64,000 nt of DNA from Opitutia bacterium (GTDB lineage Bacteria > Verrucomicrobiota > Verrucomicrobiia > Opitutales > UBA953). The notes under the pieces are model-generated. The model was given only the letters and a program-made list of their open reading frames with translations, was not told the DNA's origin and ran no database searches. Below are positions 1-9,987 of this stretch, piece by piece. Numbering within the stretch: position 1 is the stretch's first letter; each line of letters begins with the position of its first letter. Location: the NCBI GenBank assembly GCA_947378845.1, contig CANCLQ010000001.1:63755-127754 (forward strand), written 5' to 3'. The position numbers were made by a program, and so were the translations under genes.

Positions 1-1328
1 TGCTGGCGATTACCTTACTCGGAATTGGGTTAGCGTTGTTGGGCATGTTGTTTCTGCGTAACCCTAAGTATCAATACGCGGCCGAACTTACCATTTGGTG
101 TATGCCTTATATGCCGCTCATCTGTGTGGCGGCATTATTTACTTCGGCTGTTAACTTAAGCGGACGATTCGGTTTAGCAGAGATCGCCTCATCGGCGCTT
201 AACCTGTGCATGATTTTGGGTATCGGATTTTTCGGAAACTTTTTAGCTGAAACGGATATGGGTAAAGCGCGCTGGCTTTGTGTCGGTGCATTGGCAGGCG
301 GCACGATGCAGCTGCTTATTCCTATGTGGGGCTTGCATCAAGCGGGTTGGCGTAGGCATTTCATGAAGGCTGACGAACAAGCCTGGCACGCATTACGTAT
401 CGCGTTTGTACCGGCGGCTCTCGGGGCGGGGATCCTGCAGATTAACTTCCTAATTTCACGAACGTTGGCCTTTAACGTCGATGGTGCCGGCCTCACTTAT
501 TACTATATCGCCAATCGCATTGTGGAATTACCCATCGGGCTATTCTCGACCACCATTGCGACGGTCATGTTCCCAGCGATGGCGACAGCCTTTGCGGAGA
601 AGGACTTCGTTAGCATGGGCAGAAACTATGCTCGTGGAATGCGACTCATTATGGCGATCAACATTGCCGCCGCGATGGGCTTTGCCGTTTTCTCGATTAA
701 GATTGTGAAGCTGCTCTTTGAATTTGGACAATTCAATGCTCAGGACTGTGCAAACACTGAAACCGTGCTCGTGCTGTTCTCGTTGGCTATGCCATTCCAC
801 GCCATGATTTCGATGGTGACCCGGGCGTTGAATGTGGTGGGTAAGACCAAGGCGACATTTGACGTCGCGATAAAGTCGGTTGCCGTGAACGTGGTCTTTT
901 CGCTTCTTACAGTTTATTTCGGTTATGGAATTATCGGGCTGGCCATAGCGAATGCCATTGCCGCCATCGCGCAGTATTTCTTGTTACGTCGAGAACTTAA
1001 GAAATCTTCACCAGAATTTTTCACGGAGAGTTTATTAAAGCCGTTTCTTCTGACGATTGGCGGATCTTTGGTTATGGGTATGGTTGCTTACCAATTCTGT
1101 CAGTTATTCTCCAATCTCTGTCAGTCGTGGTTGAACGCAAAAATTAACCTGATGATTAGCATGTCCATCGGTGCCGCCATCGGCGCTTCGTGCTACGCCG
1201 CGATCTTATATTACTTCAATTACCCTGAGCGTGACGTCATCGTCAACGCGCTCGAAAAGATTAAAGCTTTCCTGAATCGAGTAGGTGATGCCGCCCGTTC
1301 ACTTCTTCACCGCTGGCGCCGTCGTTAA
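1..1328 (+). CDS. murJ: Lipid II flippase MurJ/MviN, C-terminal part (5' end lies upstream of the window)
   Basis: The reading frame is open from nt 3, so the ATG at 36 is internal. The protein is very hydrophobic with many TM segments, typical of the MurJ/MviN (MOP) family, and ends in a basic tail. Confidence 0.8.
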   Translation, partial: LAITLLGIGLALLGMLFLRNPKYQYAAELTIWCMPYMPLICVAALFTSAVNLSGRFGLAEIASSALNLCMILGIGFFGNFLAETDMGKARWLCVGALAGGTMQLLIPMWGLHQAGWRRHFMKADEQAWHALRIAFVPAALGAGILQINFLISRTLAFNVDGAGLTYYYIANRIVELPIGLFSTTIATVMFPAMATAFAEKDFVSMGRNYARGMRLIMAINIAAAMGFAVFSIKIVKLLFEFGQFNAQDCANTETVLVLFSLAMPFHAMISMVTRALNVVGKTKATFDVAIKSVAVNVVFSLLTVYFGYGIIGLAIANAIAAIAQYFLLRRELKKSSPEFFTESLLKPFLLTIGGSLVMGMVAYQFCQLFSNLCQSWLNAKINLMISMSIGAAIGASCYAAILYYFNYPERDVIVNALEKIKAFLNRVGDAARSLLHRWRRR

Positions 1329-2204
1329 GCTGGGGGCCGGTGGTTTAATGCCGTAATACTTTAAGTTTAAGGCCGCCAAGATGGCGATGGTTTCGGTATC
1401 AACAACACCATCTACTTTGCGTCCGCGGAAGTGACGCTGGAAAGCCTCGATGGCTAACTTGAGATTACCATCTGAATTATCGTCGAAGGCGTAGCCGTAG
1501 GTTTTAAGCATGAGCTTAATCTGGGCCGTAGACGGAATCGACTTCTGGTAGAGCTGACTGCAACGGGCGACTTCGTTGGCATCAGGCCAGGCACCAACGC
1601 CAGCGGCTGCTAATTGTTCCCAGGGGAATTTGGAACCCGGATCCACTTTGCGACCGACGGCAATATCGGAGTGTGCGATTACGTTGACCGGACTAATATT
1701 GTTTCGACGGACGATGTCTTGGCACAGTCGGATGATTGTTGAAATTTGCGAAGCCGGATAAGGATTCATGTTGCCGTCCAAGTTAACGATCTCGATGCCG
1801 ATCGAGTGCTGATTCAAACCATTGTAATCTTTCCAGCGGCTCTTGCCGGCATGCGATGTGGAGAAGCATTCGTGTGCCATGCGAAACACCCGAGGCTTAG
1901 CTTCGTCGCTGACGAGATAATGAATGCCTACGCGATGGCCCTTGGTCTTACCCTGAAGTGTCTCCATAGCGGAGGGAAGGGCGGTCGCCGTGTGATGGAG
2001 GACAAGGCATGTGATCGGCTGTGTCCGGGTTTGAATCGCGGCGCATGGAACGTAACCATCAATCGCGGTCTGGTTGATGGTCTCTCGGTTGGTACTTGCG
2101 CCGCCGTTTCCGCTGCTGGCACAGCCCACTAATAAAAAGGAAATACAGATAATTACCCAGACGCGGCTGGACTCATAATATGAGCGATATGTGTCACAAT
2201 ACAT
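1299..2204 (-). CDS. amiD: N-acetylmuramoyl-L-alanine amidase lipoprotein (amidase_2 core plus C-terminal peptidoglycan-binding repeat), AmiD-like
   Basis: There is an N-terminal hydrophobic stretch ending in the lipobox LLVGC. The amidase_2 signature is present (LVLHHTA, IGIEIVN, AHSDIA..KVDPG). The C-terminus has a PG_binding_1-like segment (LKLAIEAFQRHF..VDGVVD). Confidence 0.8.
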   Translation of the reverse strand: MYCDTYRSYYESSRVWVIICISFLLVGCASSGNGGASTNRETINQTAIDGYVPCAAIQTRTQPITCLVLHHTATALPSAMETLQGKTKGHRVGIHYLVSDEAKPRVFRMAHECFSTSHAGKSRWKDYNGLNQHSIGIEIVNLDGNMNPYPASQISTIIRLCQDIVRRNNISPVNVIAHSDIAVGRKVDPGSKFPWEQLAAAGVGAWPDANEVARCSQLYQKSIPSTAQIKLMLKTYGYAFDDNSDGNLKLAIEAFQRHFRGRKVDGVVDTETIAILAALNLKYYGIKPPAPSLTTAPAVKK

Positions 2205-2398
2205 ACAAAGGGGTGAGATAATGCTTATCCTAGGATAGCCCCCAAGATAATACTATTAATTGCTATATATAACTTGATTTTATTGTATAATTAGTAATTA
2301 GACATAATGTATATTGTGCGAAATAGATTAGGATGTGTATCAGGCGTTGCCTTTGTAGGGTTGATTTATGGCTGAGAACGCTCATTTAAATATACCCT

Positions 2399-3175
2399 AT
2401 GAAAGTTGCACGTCACATCATCGAGGCACGCCGCGAAGCGATTGCAAAAATGTTAAGCAATGTGGGGTACGTCCCCGTCTTGGAAATCTGTAAACAATTT
2501 AATGTCTCCGAGGCCACTGCTCGCCGAGATCTGACCGAGCTCGAGAGTCAGCGTCGACTCACGCGTACACACGGCGGAGCGCTCACAGATTTTAATCGTA
2601 ACTTCCCACCACTGGATGCTCGCAAGTCTGAGGACGCTGATAGCAAACGTCGGGTCGGTGAAAAAGCTGCATCCCGAGTTAAGGCCGGTATGACCATTTA
2701 TTTGGATTCAGGTTCGACTGTTTACTTTGCCGCCGAAGCCATCGTTGCTGCTAAGATTCCTGATCTGCAAATCATCACGACCTCGATACCCACTGCGCAA
2801 CTCGTCGCTAGTTTGCCTGGCGTCGAAGTCTACATCCCAGGCGGTTTATATTTAGCACATCACGCGATGGTCGCTGGTGATCGCACATTGGAAGAAGTCG
2901 CTCGCTGGAATTTTGATTTAGCGCTTTTGGGTGCGGAAGGTATTGATGAAAACGGCCTATGGAATTCTCAGCGCGATATCTCGCACCAACAACGCGAAGT
3001 CATCCGTCGCAGCGATGAAGTTCTACTTTGCTTAAACAAACTCAAACTGGGTCGCAACGGACCCTGTGCCGTTACACGTGATCTCAATAACCTTTTCTTG
3101 GTAATTGATGCCGACGCATCCGCCGTCTCCAAAGCTAAAGTCAAAATCCCCTCTACGCATATCATTTCAGCTTAA
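2399..3175 (+). CDS. DeoR/GlpR-family transcriptional regulator
   Basis: N-terminal HTH (VLEICKQFNVSEATARRDLTELE) followed by a DeoR C-terminal sugar-phosphate sensor domain. It is the first gene of the sugar-catabolic operon. Confidence 0.85.
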   Translation: MKVARHIIEARREAIAKMLSNVGYVPVLEICKQFNVSEATARRDLTELESQRRLTRTHGGALTDFNRNFPPLDARKSEDADSKRRVGEKAASRVKAGMTIYLDSGSTVYFAAEAIVAAKIPDLQIITTSIPTAQLVASLPGVEVYIPGGLYLAHHAMVAGDRTLEEVARWNFDLALLGAEGIDENGLWNSQRDISHQQREVIRRSDEVLLCLNKLKLGRNGPCAVTRDLNNLFLVIDADASAVSKAKVKIPSTHIISA

Positions 3176-3196
3176 CCCATTGCTTTTACCCTAAAC

Positions 3197-4810
3197 ATGA
3201 AATCCAAAGTCATCTACCTCCTTGCCAACGGCGACCTTCGTGCCTCGGCCAACCAAAAGTGTGAAGCTGCTCAGTTAAAAATGGAGCACGACCTCACCCT
3301 GGCACTTCGTGCCGAGGGCTACACGGTCAAGCGTGCCCATGGTTACCGCAAAGAAGTTCAGCACAGTTTTATCGATTCGCAAAAATACGGCATCGAAGTT
3401 TTTAAGAAGATCCCATCGCACGCTCCAGTGATTGTTGCCGAAGCGGTCTGGCAATATTCTCACCATATTCTTCCCGGCTTACTGACTCACCAAGGTCCTA
3501 TTCTTACCGTCGCCAATTGGTCAGGCACTTGGCCTGGTCTGGTCGGTATGTTAAACCTCAATGGCTCGATGCTCAAAGCTGGCATAAAGTTCTCCAGTCT
3601 ATGGAGCGAAGATTTTACCGATAAGCCCTTCCTGAATGGTTTACGCACCTGGCTTAAGAAAGGTGCAGTGACTCACGCCACAAAGCACGTCAACACCCTC
3701 ACCCGTCCGCTTAATAATCCCGATGCACGTCGTGGCCGCACCTTCGCGCAGAAATTCAAACATGAGAAAGCCATCATGGGTGTTTTCGACGAGGGATGCA
3801 TGGGTATGTACAACGCCATCATTCCTGATGAATTAATTCACAACACCGGCGTATATAAAGAACGCCTCAGCCAATCCTCGCTTTACGCCGAAATGTTAAA
3901 GACGAAGGACAGCGAAGCGGAGAAAGCTTTGAAGTGGTTATTAAAGAAAGGCATGAAGTTCGCTTGGGGTAAGAACGAAAAAACTGAACTCACCCGCCAG
4001 CAGACTCTGGCTCAGCTTAAGATGTACATTGCGGCCGTGCGCTTGGCTGATGACTTTGGCTGTGCGACGATTGGTATTCAGTATCAACAAGGTTTGAAAG
4101 ATTTAGCACCCGCATCCGATCTCGTCGAAGGCCTGCTGAATAATCGCAGCCGCCCTCCTGTCTTTGATCGCAAAAACAAACGCGAACTTTTCAAAGGTGA
4201 AGCCCTCCCCCACTTCAACGAAGTCGATGAATGTGCGGGCTTGGATGGACTCATCACTTACAAACTTTGGAATGAATTAGGTTACGAACCCGAGAACACA
4301 CTTCACGATTTACGCTGGGGTCGCCAATACACCGGTCCATCCGGCAAGCGCACGATTGATGAGTATGTTTGGGTTTTCCTTATCTCGGGTGCCGCGCCCG
4401 TACAGCACTTCATCGGTGGATATAAAGGCACCGTATCTGAACGTCAGCCCGCGATGTATTTCCGACTCGGTGGCGGTACGGTGAAAGGTATCTCCAAACC
4501 AGGTTGGATTGTTTGGTCGCGGATTTTTGTTCGCGATAATGCCCTGCATTGCGATTTGGGTATCGGTGAAATCATTGAGCTCCCTCGTGCAGAGACCGAA
4601 GACCGTTGGAAGCTCACCACATCGCAATGGCCAATCATGCACGCCGTGCTCCCGGGCGTAAGTCGCGATCAGATGATGGCTCGCCACCCTTCTAACCACA
4701 TTCAGGTGGTTTACGCCCCCTCCCCTGCCGCCGCCCGCCGAGGTTTAATGGCCAAAGCAGCCGCTTTCCAGGAATTGGGTATCAAGGTAGCCCTTTGCGG
4801 TAAGTACTAA
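3197..4810 (+). CDS. L-fucose isomerase (FucI)-family sugar isomerase, substrate unknown
   Basis: The 537-aa protein aligns by eye to FucI catalytic regions. NEVDECAGLDG corresponds to ATENDSLNG, HDLRW to ADVRTYW, and PSNHIQVV to GANHGVL. The N-terminus (VIYLLANGDLR) resembles the FucI N-domain. Confidence 0.65.
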   Translation: MKSKVIYLLANGDLRASANQKCEAAQLKMEHDLTLALRAEGYTVKRAHGYRKEVQHSFIDSQKYGIEVFKKIPSHAPVIVAEAVWQYSHHILPGLLTHQGPILTVANWSGTWPGLVGMLNLNGSMLKAGIKFSSLWSEDFTDKPFLNGLRTWLKKGAVTHATKHVNTLTRPLNNPDARRGRTFAQKFKHEKAIMGVFDEGCMGMYNAIIPDELIHNTGVYKERLSQSSLYAEMLKTKDSEAEKALKWLLKKGMKFAWGKNEKTELTRQQTLAQLKMYIAAVRLADDFGCATIGIQYQQGLKDLAPASDLVEGLLNNRSRPPVFDRKNKRELFKGEALPHFNEVDECAGLDGLITYKLWNELGYEPENTLHDLRWGRQYTGPSGKRTIDEYVWVFLISGAAPVQHFIGGYKGTVSERQPAMYFRLGGGTVKGISKPGWIVWSRIFVRDNALHCDLGIGEIIELPRAETEDRWKLTTSQWPIMHAVLPGVSRDQMMARHPSNHIQVVYAPSPAAARRGLMAKAAAFQELGIKVALCGKY

Positions 4811-4811
4811 G

Positions 4812-5573
4812 ATGGTCCCACATTCCACGACCATCGAGGGGTTGCTGAACCTCTCCCACGAAATGGGTTCGCCTGCATTGCGCATGGCCATCCTCGGCGA
4901 AGGTAACTCATCCATTCGACTCGATGATGAAACATTCGCGGTGAAAGCATCAGGTACCAACCTCGCACAACTTCGCGCTGAAGATGTGACCGTTTGCCGT
5001 TTCGATAAACTGCTACCGCTTTTTGATAAAACCCATTTGGATGATAAAGCGGTAGACCAAGCCTTACTCGATGCGCGTGTCGATTCATCGGCCAAGAAGC
5101 CATCGGTCGAAGCGCTGTTCCACGCCTGGTTGCTCAGTCTCCCTGGCGTAAAGTGCGTCGGTCACGTACACGCAATCGCCGTAAATAAAATTCTGTGCTC
5201 ACCACGCGCCTACGATTTTGCAACGCGCCGAATTTTCCCAGATGAAATCGTAGTCTGCGGAACTGAGTCGGTCTTTGTTCACTACGTGGATCCAGGTTTG
5301 GTTCTTGCTAAAGAGATTCGCCAACAAACGTTGGCATTCATTAAACGCACTGGACGTGAACCGAAATTAATTCTTCTAAAGAATCATGGCATCATCGCCC
5401 TGGGTTCTTCGCCCAAAGCAGTTATGGGCGCACTCCTGATGGCGGAAAAGGCGGCCGAAATTTTCCTCGGTGCGGCTGCTCTCGGCGGACCTGTGTTCAT
5501 GGATGGATCTCAAGTTGAACGCATTGCCGGCCGACCCGATGAACATTACCGCCAGAAAATGTTGGGTTTATAA
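4812..5573 (+). CDS. Class II aldolase/adducin-family protein (aldolase or epimerase paralog)
   Basis: It has the metal-ligand motifs of the family (GHVHA and LLKNHGIIALG). It starts 1 nt after the isomerase stop codon. Confidence 0.75.
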   Translation: MVPHSTTIEGLLNLSHEMGSPALRMAILGEGNSSIRLDDETFAVKASGTNLAQLRAEDVTVCRFDKLLPLFDKTHLDDKAVDQALLDARVDSSAKKPSVEALFHAWLLSLPGVKCVGHVHAIAVNKILCSPRAYDFATRRIFPDEIVVCGTESVFVHYVDPGLVLAKEIRQQTLAFIKRTGREPKLILLKNHGIIALGSSPKAVMGALLMAEKAAEIFLGAAALGGPVFMDGSQVERIAGRPDEHYRQKMLGL

Positions 5574-5589
5574 TTTCTAGGAACGAACG

Positions 5590-7059
5590 ATGTCTCATTA
5601 CCTCGCTATAGACCTTGGAGCAGAATCTGGACGGGTGATACGCGGCACCTTGCGTAACGGCCGTCTGGAAATGAAGGAGGTACATCGCTTCCCTAATGGC
5701 GCCATCGTCGCTAACGGGACCTTGCGCTGGGATATCATCCGTATCTTCCGTGAAATCCGTATCGGCCTAGCCAAAGGTGCTAAGGGATATAAAATTAAAA
5801 GCATCGCATGCGACTCCTGGGGCGTCGACTACGTCCTCACCAAGGGCAACGGCCCGTTGCTCTCGTTGCCATACACTTACCGCGACGAGCGCACGGCACA
5901 GTCATTCAAACTCGCCCAGAAAAAAGTTTCACCCCAAGCCATCTTTGAAGCCACGGGTATTGGCTCCATGTCGATTAACACTTTGTATCAATTGATCGAT
6001 GATGTGGAAAACCGACCCGAGCTCCTGAAGTTTGCGGATAAGTTTTTACTGATTGCGGATTACGTTACTTGGCTACTTTCCGGGCAGGCACGTGCAGAAA
6101 AAACTCTCATCTCGGGCAGCCAATGTTGGGACACGCGTCAAAGCAAATGGGCACTGCCTCTACTCAAGAAATTTAAGGTACCCTCGCACCTCCTCGCGAA
6201 GCCCGTCGCCCCTGGTACAGCAATTGGAAAAGTCCTGCCGTACTTAGCAAATGAGACCGGACTCAAGAACACGACAGTCGTTGCAACCTGTGCGCATGAT
6301 ACTGCTTCAGCTGTGGCCGCTGTCCCTGCCCTTCCTGGGAATAATTGGGCGTATTTGTCTTCAGGTACTTGGTCGCTGCTAGGTGTTGAACTGCCCAAAC
6401 CCCTTATCAATCGCGACGTCCTCAAAGCCAATTTTACCAACGAAGTTGGATTTGCAGGCACCACGCGTTTTCTGAAATGCTTAGTGGGTTTATGGATCCT
6501 CCAAGAGTGCCGCCGCGAATGGGCATCTAAGGGAGAAGTATCTGACTACAGTAAAATCACCAAGCTCGCACAGGCTGCTCCCGCGTTACGCTCAATTATC
6601 CGTCCGGATGATGCACGTTTCGCTAAGATGGGTGATATGGTTAATAAAGTTCAGTCTTACTGCCGTGAAACCAAACAACCAGTGCCGAAGACGCATGGCG
6701 AAATCGCACGATGCATTATTGAATCGTTGGCGCTGCTCTACCGAGTTGAGATGGATGGTTTGGAGAAACTTACAAAGCGCAAAATCAACACACTGCATGT
6801 GGTCGGCGGTGGTTGCCGCAACGCGCTCTTGAATCAAGCGACCGCAAATGCGACGGGCAGAAATATTGTCGCTGGCCCTGTCGAGGCGACAGCCGCAGGT
6901 AATATCCTCGTTCAGGCATATGCACTTAAGGACGTGAAGAACCTCTCACACATCCGACAAATCGTGCGCAACTCTAACGCTTTCGAAAACTATTCACCGG
7001 TAGCTGATCATCATTGGTCAAAAGCACTCCAAAAATTCCAAAAACTTCCACGCTCCTAA
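5590..7059 (+). CDS. rhaB: FGGY-family carbohydrate kinase, rhamnulokinase-like
   Basis: The N-terminus (LAIDLGAESGRVIRG...EVHRFPNG) is typical of RhaB. The FGGY C-terminal domain is present (HVVGGGCRNALLNQATANATG). Confidence 0.75.
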   Translation: MSHYLAIDLGAESGRVIRGTLRNGRLEMKEVHRFPNGAIVANGTLRWDIIRIFREIRIGLAKGAKGYKIKSIACDSWGVDYVLTKGNGPLLSLPYTYRDERTAQSFKLAQKKVSPQAIFEATGIGSMSINTLYQLIDDVENRPELLKFADKFLLIADYVTWLLSGQARAEKTLISGSQCWDTRQSKWALPLLKKFKVPSHLLAKPVAPGTAIGKVLPYLANETGLKNTTVVATCAHDTASAVAAVPALPGNNWAYLSSGTWSLLGVELPKPLINRDVLKANFTNEVGFAGTTRFLKCLVGLWILQECRREWASKGEVSDYSKITKLAQAAPALRSIIRPDDARFAKMGDMVNKVQSYCRETKQPVPKTHGEIARCIIESLALLYRVEMDGLEKLTKRKINTLHVVGGGCRNALLNQATANATGRNIVAGPVEATAAGNILVQAYALKDVKNLSHIRQIVRNSNAFENYSPVADHHWSKALQKFQKLPRS

Positions 7060-7065
7060 TTTCTT

Positions 7066-9258
7066 ATGTCAAATTACAAACACGTTTCAAACCTCTGGAA
7101 TGACGCCGATGCTAACAAGCTCGATGGCGTCGCTCGTTTGGTCTACCGATCCAATCAACTCGGTGCAGACCAGCGCATCACCAATACCGGTGGTGGAAAT
7201 ACGTCCTCAAAGCTCGTCGAGAAGGATCCGCTGACTGGCAAGGATACGATCGTACTGTGGGTTAAAGGCTCGGGTGGAGATTTACGTACGAGCAAGCGCG
7301 ACAACTTCTCTTCACTCTATCAAGACAAGTTAATCGCCTTACAGTCCATCTACGCCAGCCGTAGTGATAAAGGTCTCAAATCAAAGGCTGAAGATGATAT
7401 GGTCGGAATGTACAATCACACGACATTCAATCTGAACCCGCGCGCATCATCGATTGATACGCCGTTGCATAGCTTCCTTCCGGGCAAGCACGTCGATCAC
7501 ATGCATCCTAACGCGATTATCTCGATCGCTGCCTCCAAGAATTGCGAAGCGCTGACTCAACAAATTTTCGGCGGTAAAATGGCTTACGTGAAGTGGATGC
7601 GACCGGGCTTTGAACTCGGCTTAGCGATGCAAACCATCGCCCAGAAACAACCCAACGTCCGTGCCATTATGATGGGCCAACATGGTTTTATATCGTGGGA
7701 CGATAATGATAAGGCCTGCTATGAACTGACATTGTCATTCATCGAACAGGCCGCCGAGTTCATTGAATCCAAGTACCAAGCCAAAGGTGGCGATGCCAAA
7801 GCATTCGGTGGTGCCAAGTATCAAACCTTAGAACCCACTGCACGTCATTCCACCCTCGCGACCATCCTCCCTTGGTTACGCGGTCAGGTGGGCAAAGAAA
7901 AACGCATGGTCGGAACCATTCAAGACGATGCCAAGATTCTGCGGTTCGTTAATTCTAACGACGCACCACGTTTGGCTGAATTAGGTACATCTTGCCCCGA
8001 TCACTTCCTGCGTACGAAAATCAAACCACTCTATGTAGCTTGGAATCCGCAGTCCGAAGATGTTGCAGCGCTTAAAGCGAAACTTGCAGCTGGCCTAACT
8101 CAATACCGTAAAGACTACGCCGCTTACTACCAAAGTTGTAAGCACGCTAACTCACCAGCAATGCGCGATGCTAACCCGACAGTCATTCTCATTCCTGGTT
8201 TAGGTATGATTGCTTGGGGTAAGGATAAGTCTGAATCACGTGTCACCGCGGAATTTTATAACTGCGCAGTGGAAGTGATGCGTGGTGCCGAAGCAATCGA
8301 TACGTATGTTGCGCTACCTCAACAAGAGGCATTCGATATTGAATACTGGCTGCTTGAGGAAGCTAAACTCAAACGCATGCCGGCCGAAAAGGAACTCGCT
8401 CGACAAGTTATTATCGTCGTTGGTGCTGGTTCTGGCATTGGCAAAGAAACCGCCCACCGACTCGTCAAAGAAGGTGCGCACATCGTTTGCGTGGATAAGA
8501 ATGTCGAAGCCGCACAAGCGACAGCCAAGGAGATCACTGACCAATACGGTATCGGTATCGGTGTAGCGGGTACGGGAGTTTCTAATTGTGGTCCATCTAT
8601 CGGTCTGAGCGGTGACATTATGGACCGTGCTTCAATTCGTCGCATGATCGATGAAGTAGCCCTCGCCTATGGTGGTTTCGATTCCATTTGCGTGACCGCG
8701 GGTATCTTCGTTTCGCCTGACACCACGGGACATATCCCAGACGACAAATGGGCACTCACCTTTGCATTGAATGTCACAGGAAGTTACTTGGTCGCCGATG
8801 AAGCATTCAAAACCTGGAAGGAGCAAGGCCTCCGCGGTAATCTCGTTCTCACCACCAGTGCTAATGCAGTTGTGGCTAAGAAGGGCTCAGTTGCTTACGA
8901 CACTTCTAAGGCCGCCGCTAATCACTTGGTACGGGAATTAGCTATGGAGTTGGCTCCCCTTGTGCGTGTTAACGGAGTCGCACCCGCAACTGTCGTTCAA
9001 GGCTCTGCGATGTTCCCGCGCGACCGAGTGATTGCATCACTTGCGAAGTATAACATTCCTTATACTGATGATGAAGCAAGCGAGTCGCTCACCACTAAGT
9101 TGTCCCAATTCTACGCTGAACGTACGCTCACGAAAAATCCGATCACCCCTGCTGACCAAGCCGAAGCATACTTCTTACTCGTGACACAACGCCTTAATAA
9201 AACCACCGGACAGGTGATCACTGTCGACGGTGGCTTACACGAAGCCTTCTTACGCTAA
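7066..9258 (+). CDS. rhaEW: Bifunctional rhamnulose-1-phosphate aldolase / short-chain dehydrogenase (YuxG/RhaEW type)
   Basis: The 730-aa protein has an N-terminal class II aldolase-like domain (GGGNTS, HVDHMHP, MGQHGFISW). It is fused to a C-terminal SDR domain (VVGAGSGIGKE Rossmann motif, YDTSKAA catalytic YxxxK). Confidence 0.8.
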   Translation: MSNYKHVSNLWNDADANKLDGVARLVYRSNQLGADQRITNTGGGNTSSKLVEKDPLTGKDTIVLWVKGSGGDLRTSKRDNFSSLYQDKLIALQSIYASRSDKGLKSKAEDDMVGMYNHTTFNLNPRASSIDTPLHSFLPGKHVDHMHPNAIISIAASKNCEALTQQIFGGKMAYVKWMRPGFELGLAMQTIAQKQPNVRAIMMGQHGFISWDDNDKACYELTLSFIEQAAEFIESKYQAKGGDAKAFGGAKYQTLEPTARHSTLATILPWLRGQVGKEKRMVGTIQDDAKILRFVNSNDAPRLAELGTSCPDHFLRTKIKPLYVAWNPQSEDVAALKAKLAAGLTQYRKDYAAYYQSCKHANSPAMRDANPTVILIPGLGMIAWGKDKSESRVTAEFYNCAVEVMRGAEAIDTYVALPQQEAFDIEYWLLEEAKLKRMPAEKELARQVIIVVGAGSGIGKETAHRLVKEGAHIVCVDKNVEAAQATAKEITDQYGIGIGVAGTGVSNCGPSIGLSGDIMDRASIRRMIDEVALAYGGFDSICVTAGIFVSPDTTGHIPDDKWALTFALNVTGSYLVADEAFKTWKEQGLRGNLVLTTSANAVVAKKGSVAYDTSKAAANHLVRELAMELAPLVRVNGVAPATVVQGSAMFPRDRVIASLAKYNIPYTDDEASESLTTKLSQFYAERTLTKNPITPADQAEAYFLLVTQRLNKTTGQVITVDGGLHEAFLR

Positions 9259-9261
9259 AGC

Positions 9262-9987
9262 GTGCGCATCTCTCTTTTCATTCCTTGTTTCGTCGACCAA
9301 CTTGCCCCTCAGGTAGGCTTGGCGTCGGTAAAGGTTTTAAAAAAGCTTGGGCACGAAATTGAGTTTCGCTCTGAACAAACCTGCTGCGGTCAACCGTCCT
9401 TCAACTCAGGTCAGTGGGATGTCGCGCGTGAAGGTGCAATTCGCACACTCAAAGTTTTCCGTGATGCCGAGGTCGTTGTTGGTCCCTCTGGTTCATGCGT
9501 GGCGATGATTAAGAAGTTTTACCCTGAATTACTTAAAAATACATCGCATGCCGCTGAGGCAGATGCATTGGCCCAACGCACCTTTGAATTTTCTGAATTC
9601 ATTGTACGCAAATTAGGAATCACCGACGTTGGTGCATCGCTTAAGAAGAAAGTAACCTACCACGACGGTTGCCACGCGATGCGTGAATTGCGTATAAAAG
9701 AAGAGCCACGCCAATTACTTAGAGCGGTGCGAGGTTTAGAATTAATAGAGACTGAAGAATCAGAATCCTGTTGCGGCTTCGGTGGACTATTCGCCGTGAA
9801 GTTCCCCATGATTTCGACCGCCATGGTGCAAGTTAAAGGGGGTGCCCTCGCACGCACGGGAGCTGATTATGTAGTTTCATCTGATCCGTCCTGCTTATTG
9901 CAAATCGGTGGTTGGCTGACTCGTGAAGGTAAGCCTATTCGCCCGATGCACATTGCCGAAGTTCTGGCCGAAGGGCTCACACAATAA
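9262..9987 (+). CDS. lutA: Lactate utilization protein A (CCG-domain Fe-S oxidoreductase)
   Basis: GTG start. There are two cysteine-rich CCG motifs (CCGQPSFNSG and CCGFGG). Confidence 0.85.
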   Translation: MRISLFIPCFVDQLAPQVGLASVKVLKKLGHEIEFRSEQTCCGQPSFNSGQWDVAREGAIRTLKVFRDAEVVVGPSGSCVAMIKKFYPELLKNTSHAAEADALAQRTFEFSEFIVRKLGITDVGASLKKKVTYHDGCHAMRELRIKEEPRQLLRAVRGLELIETEESESCCGFGGLFAVKFPMISTAMVQVKGGALARTGADYVVSSDPSCLLQIGGWLTREGKPIRPMHIAEVLAEGLTQ

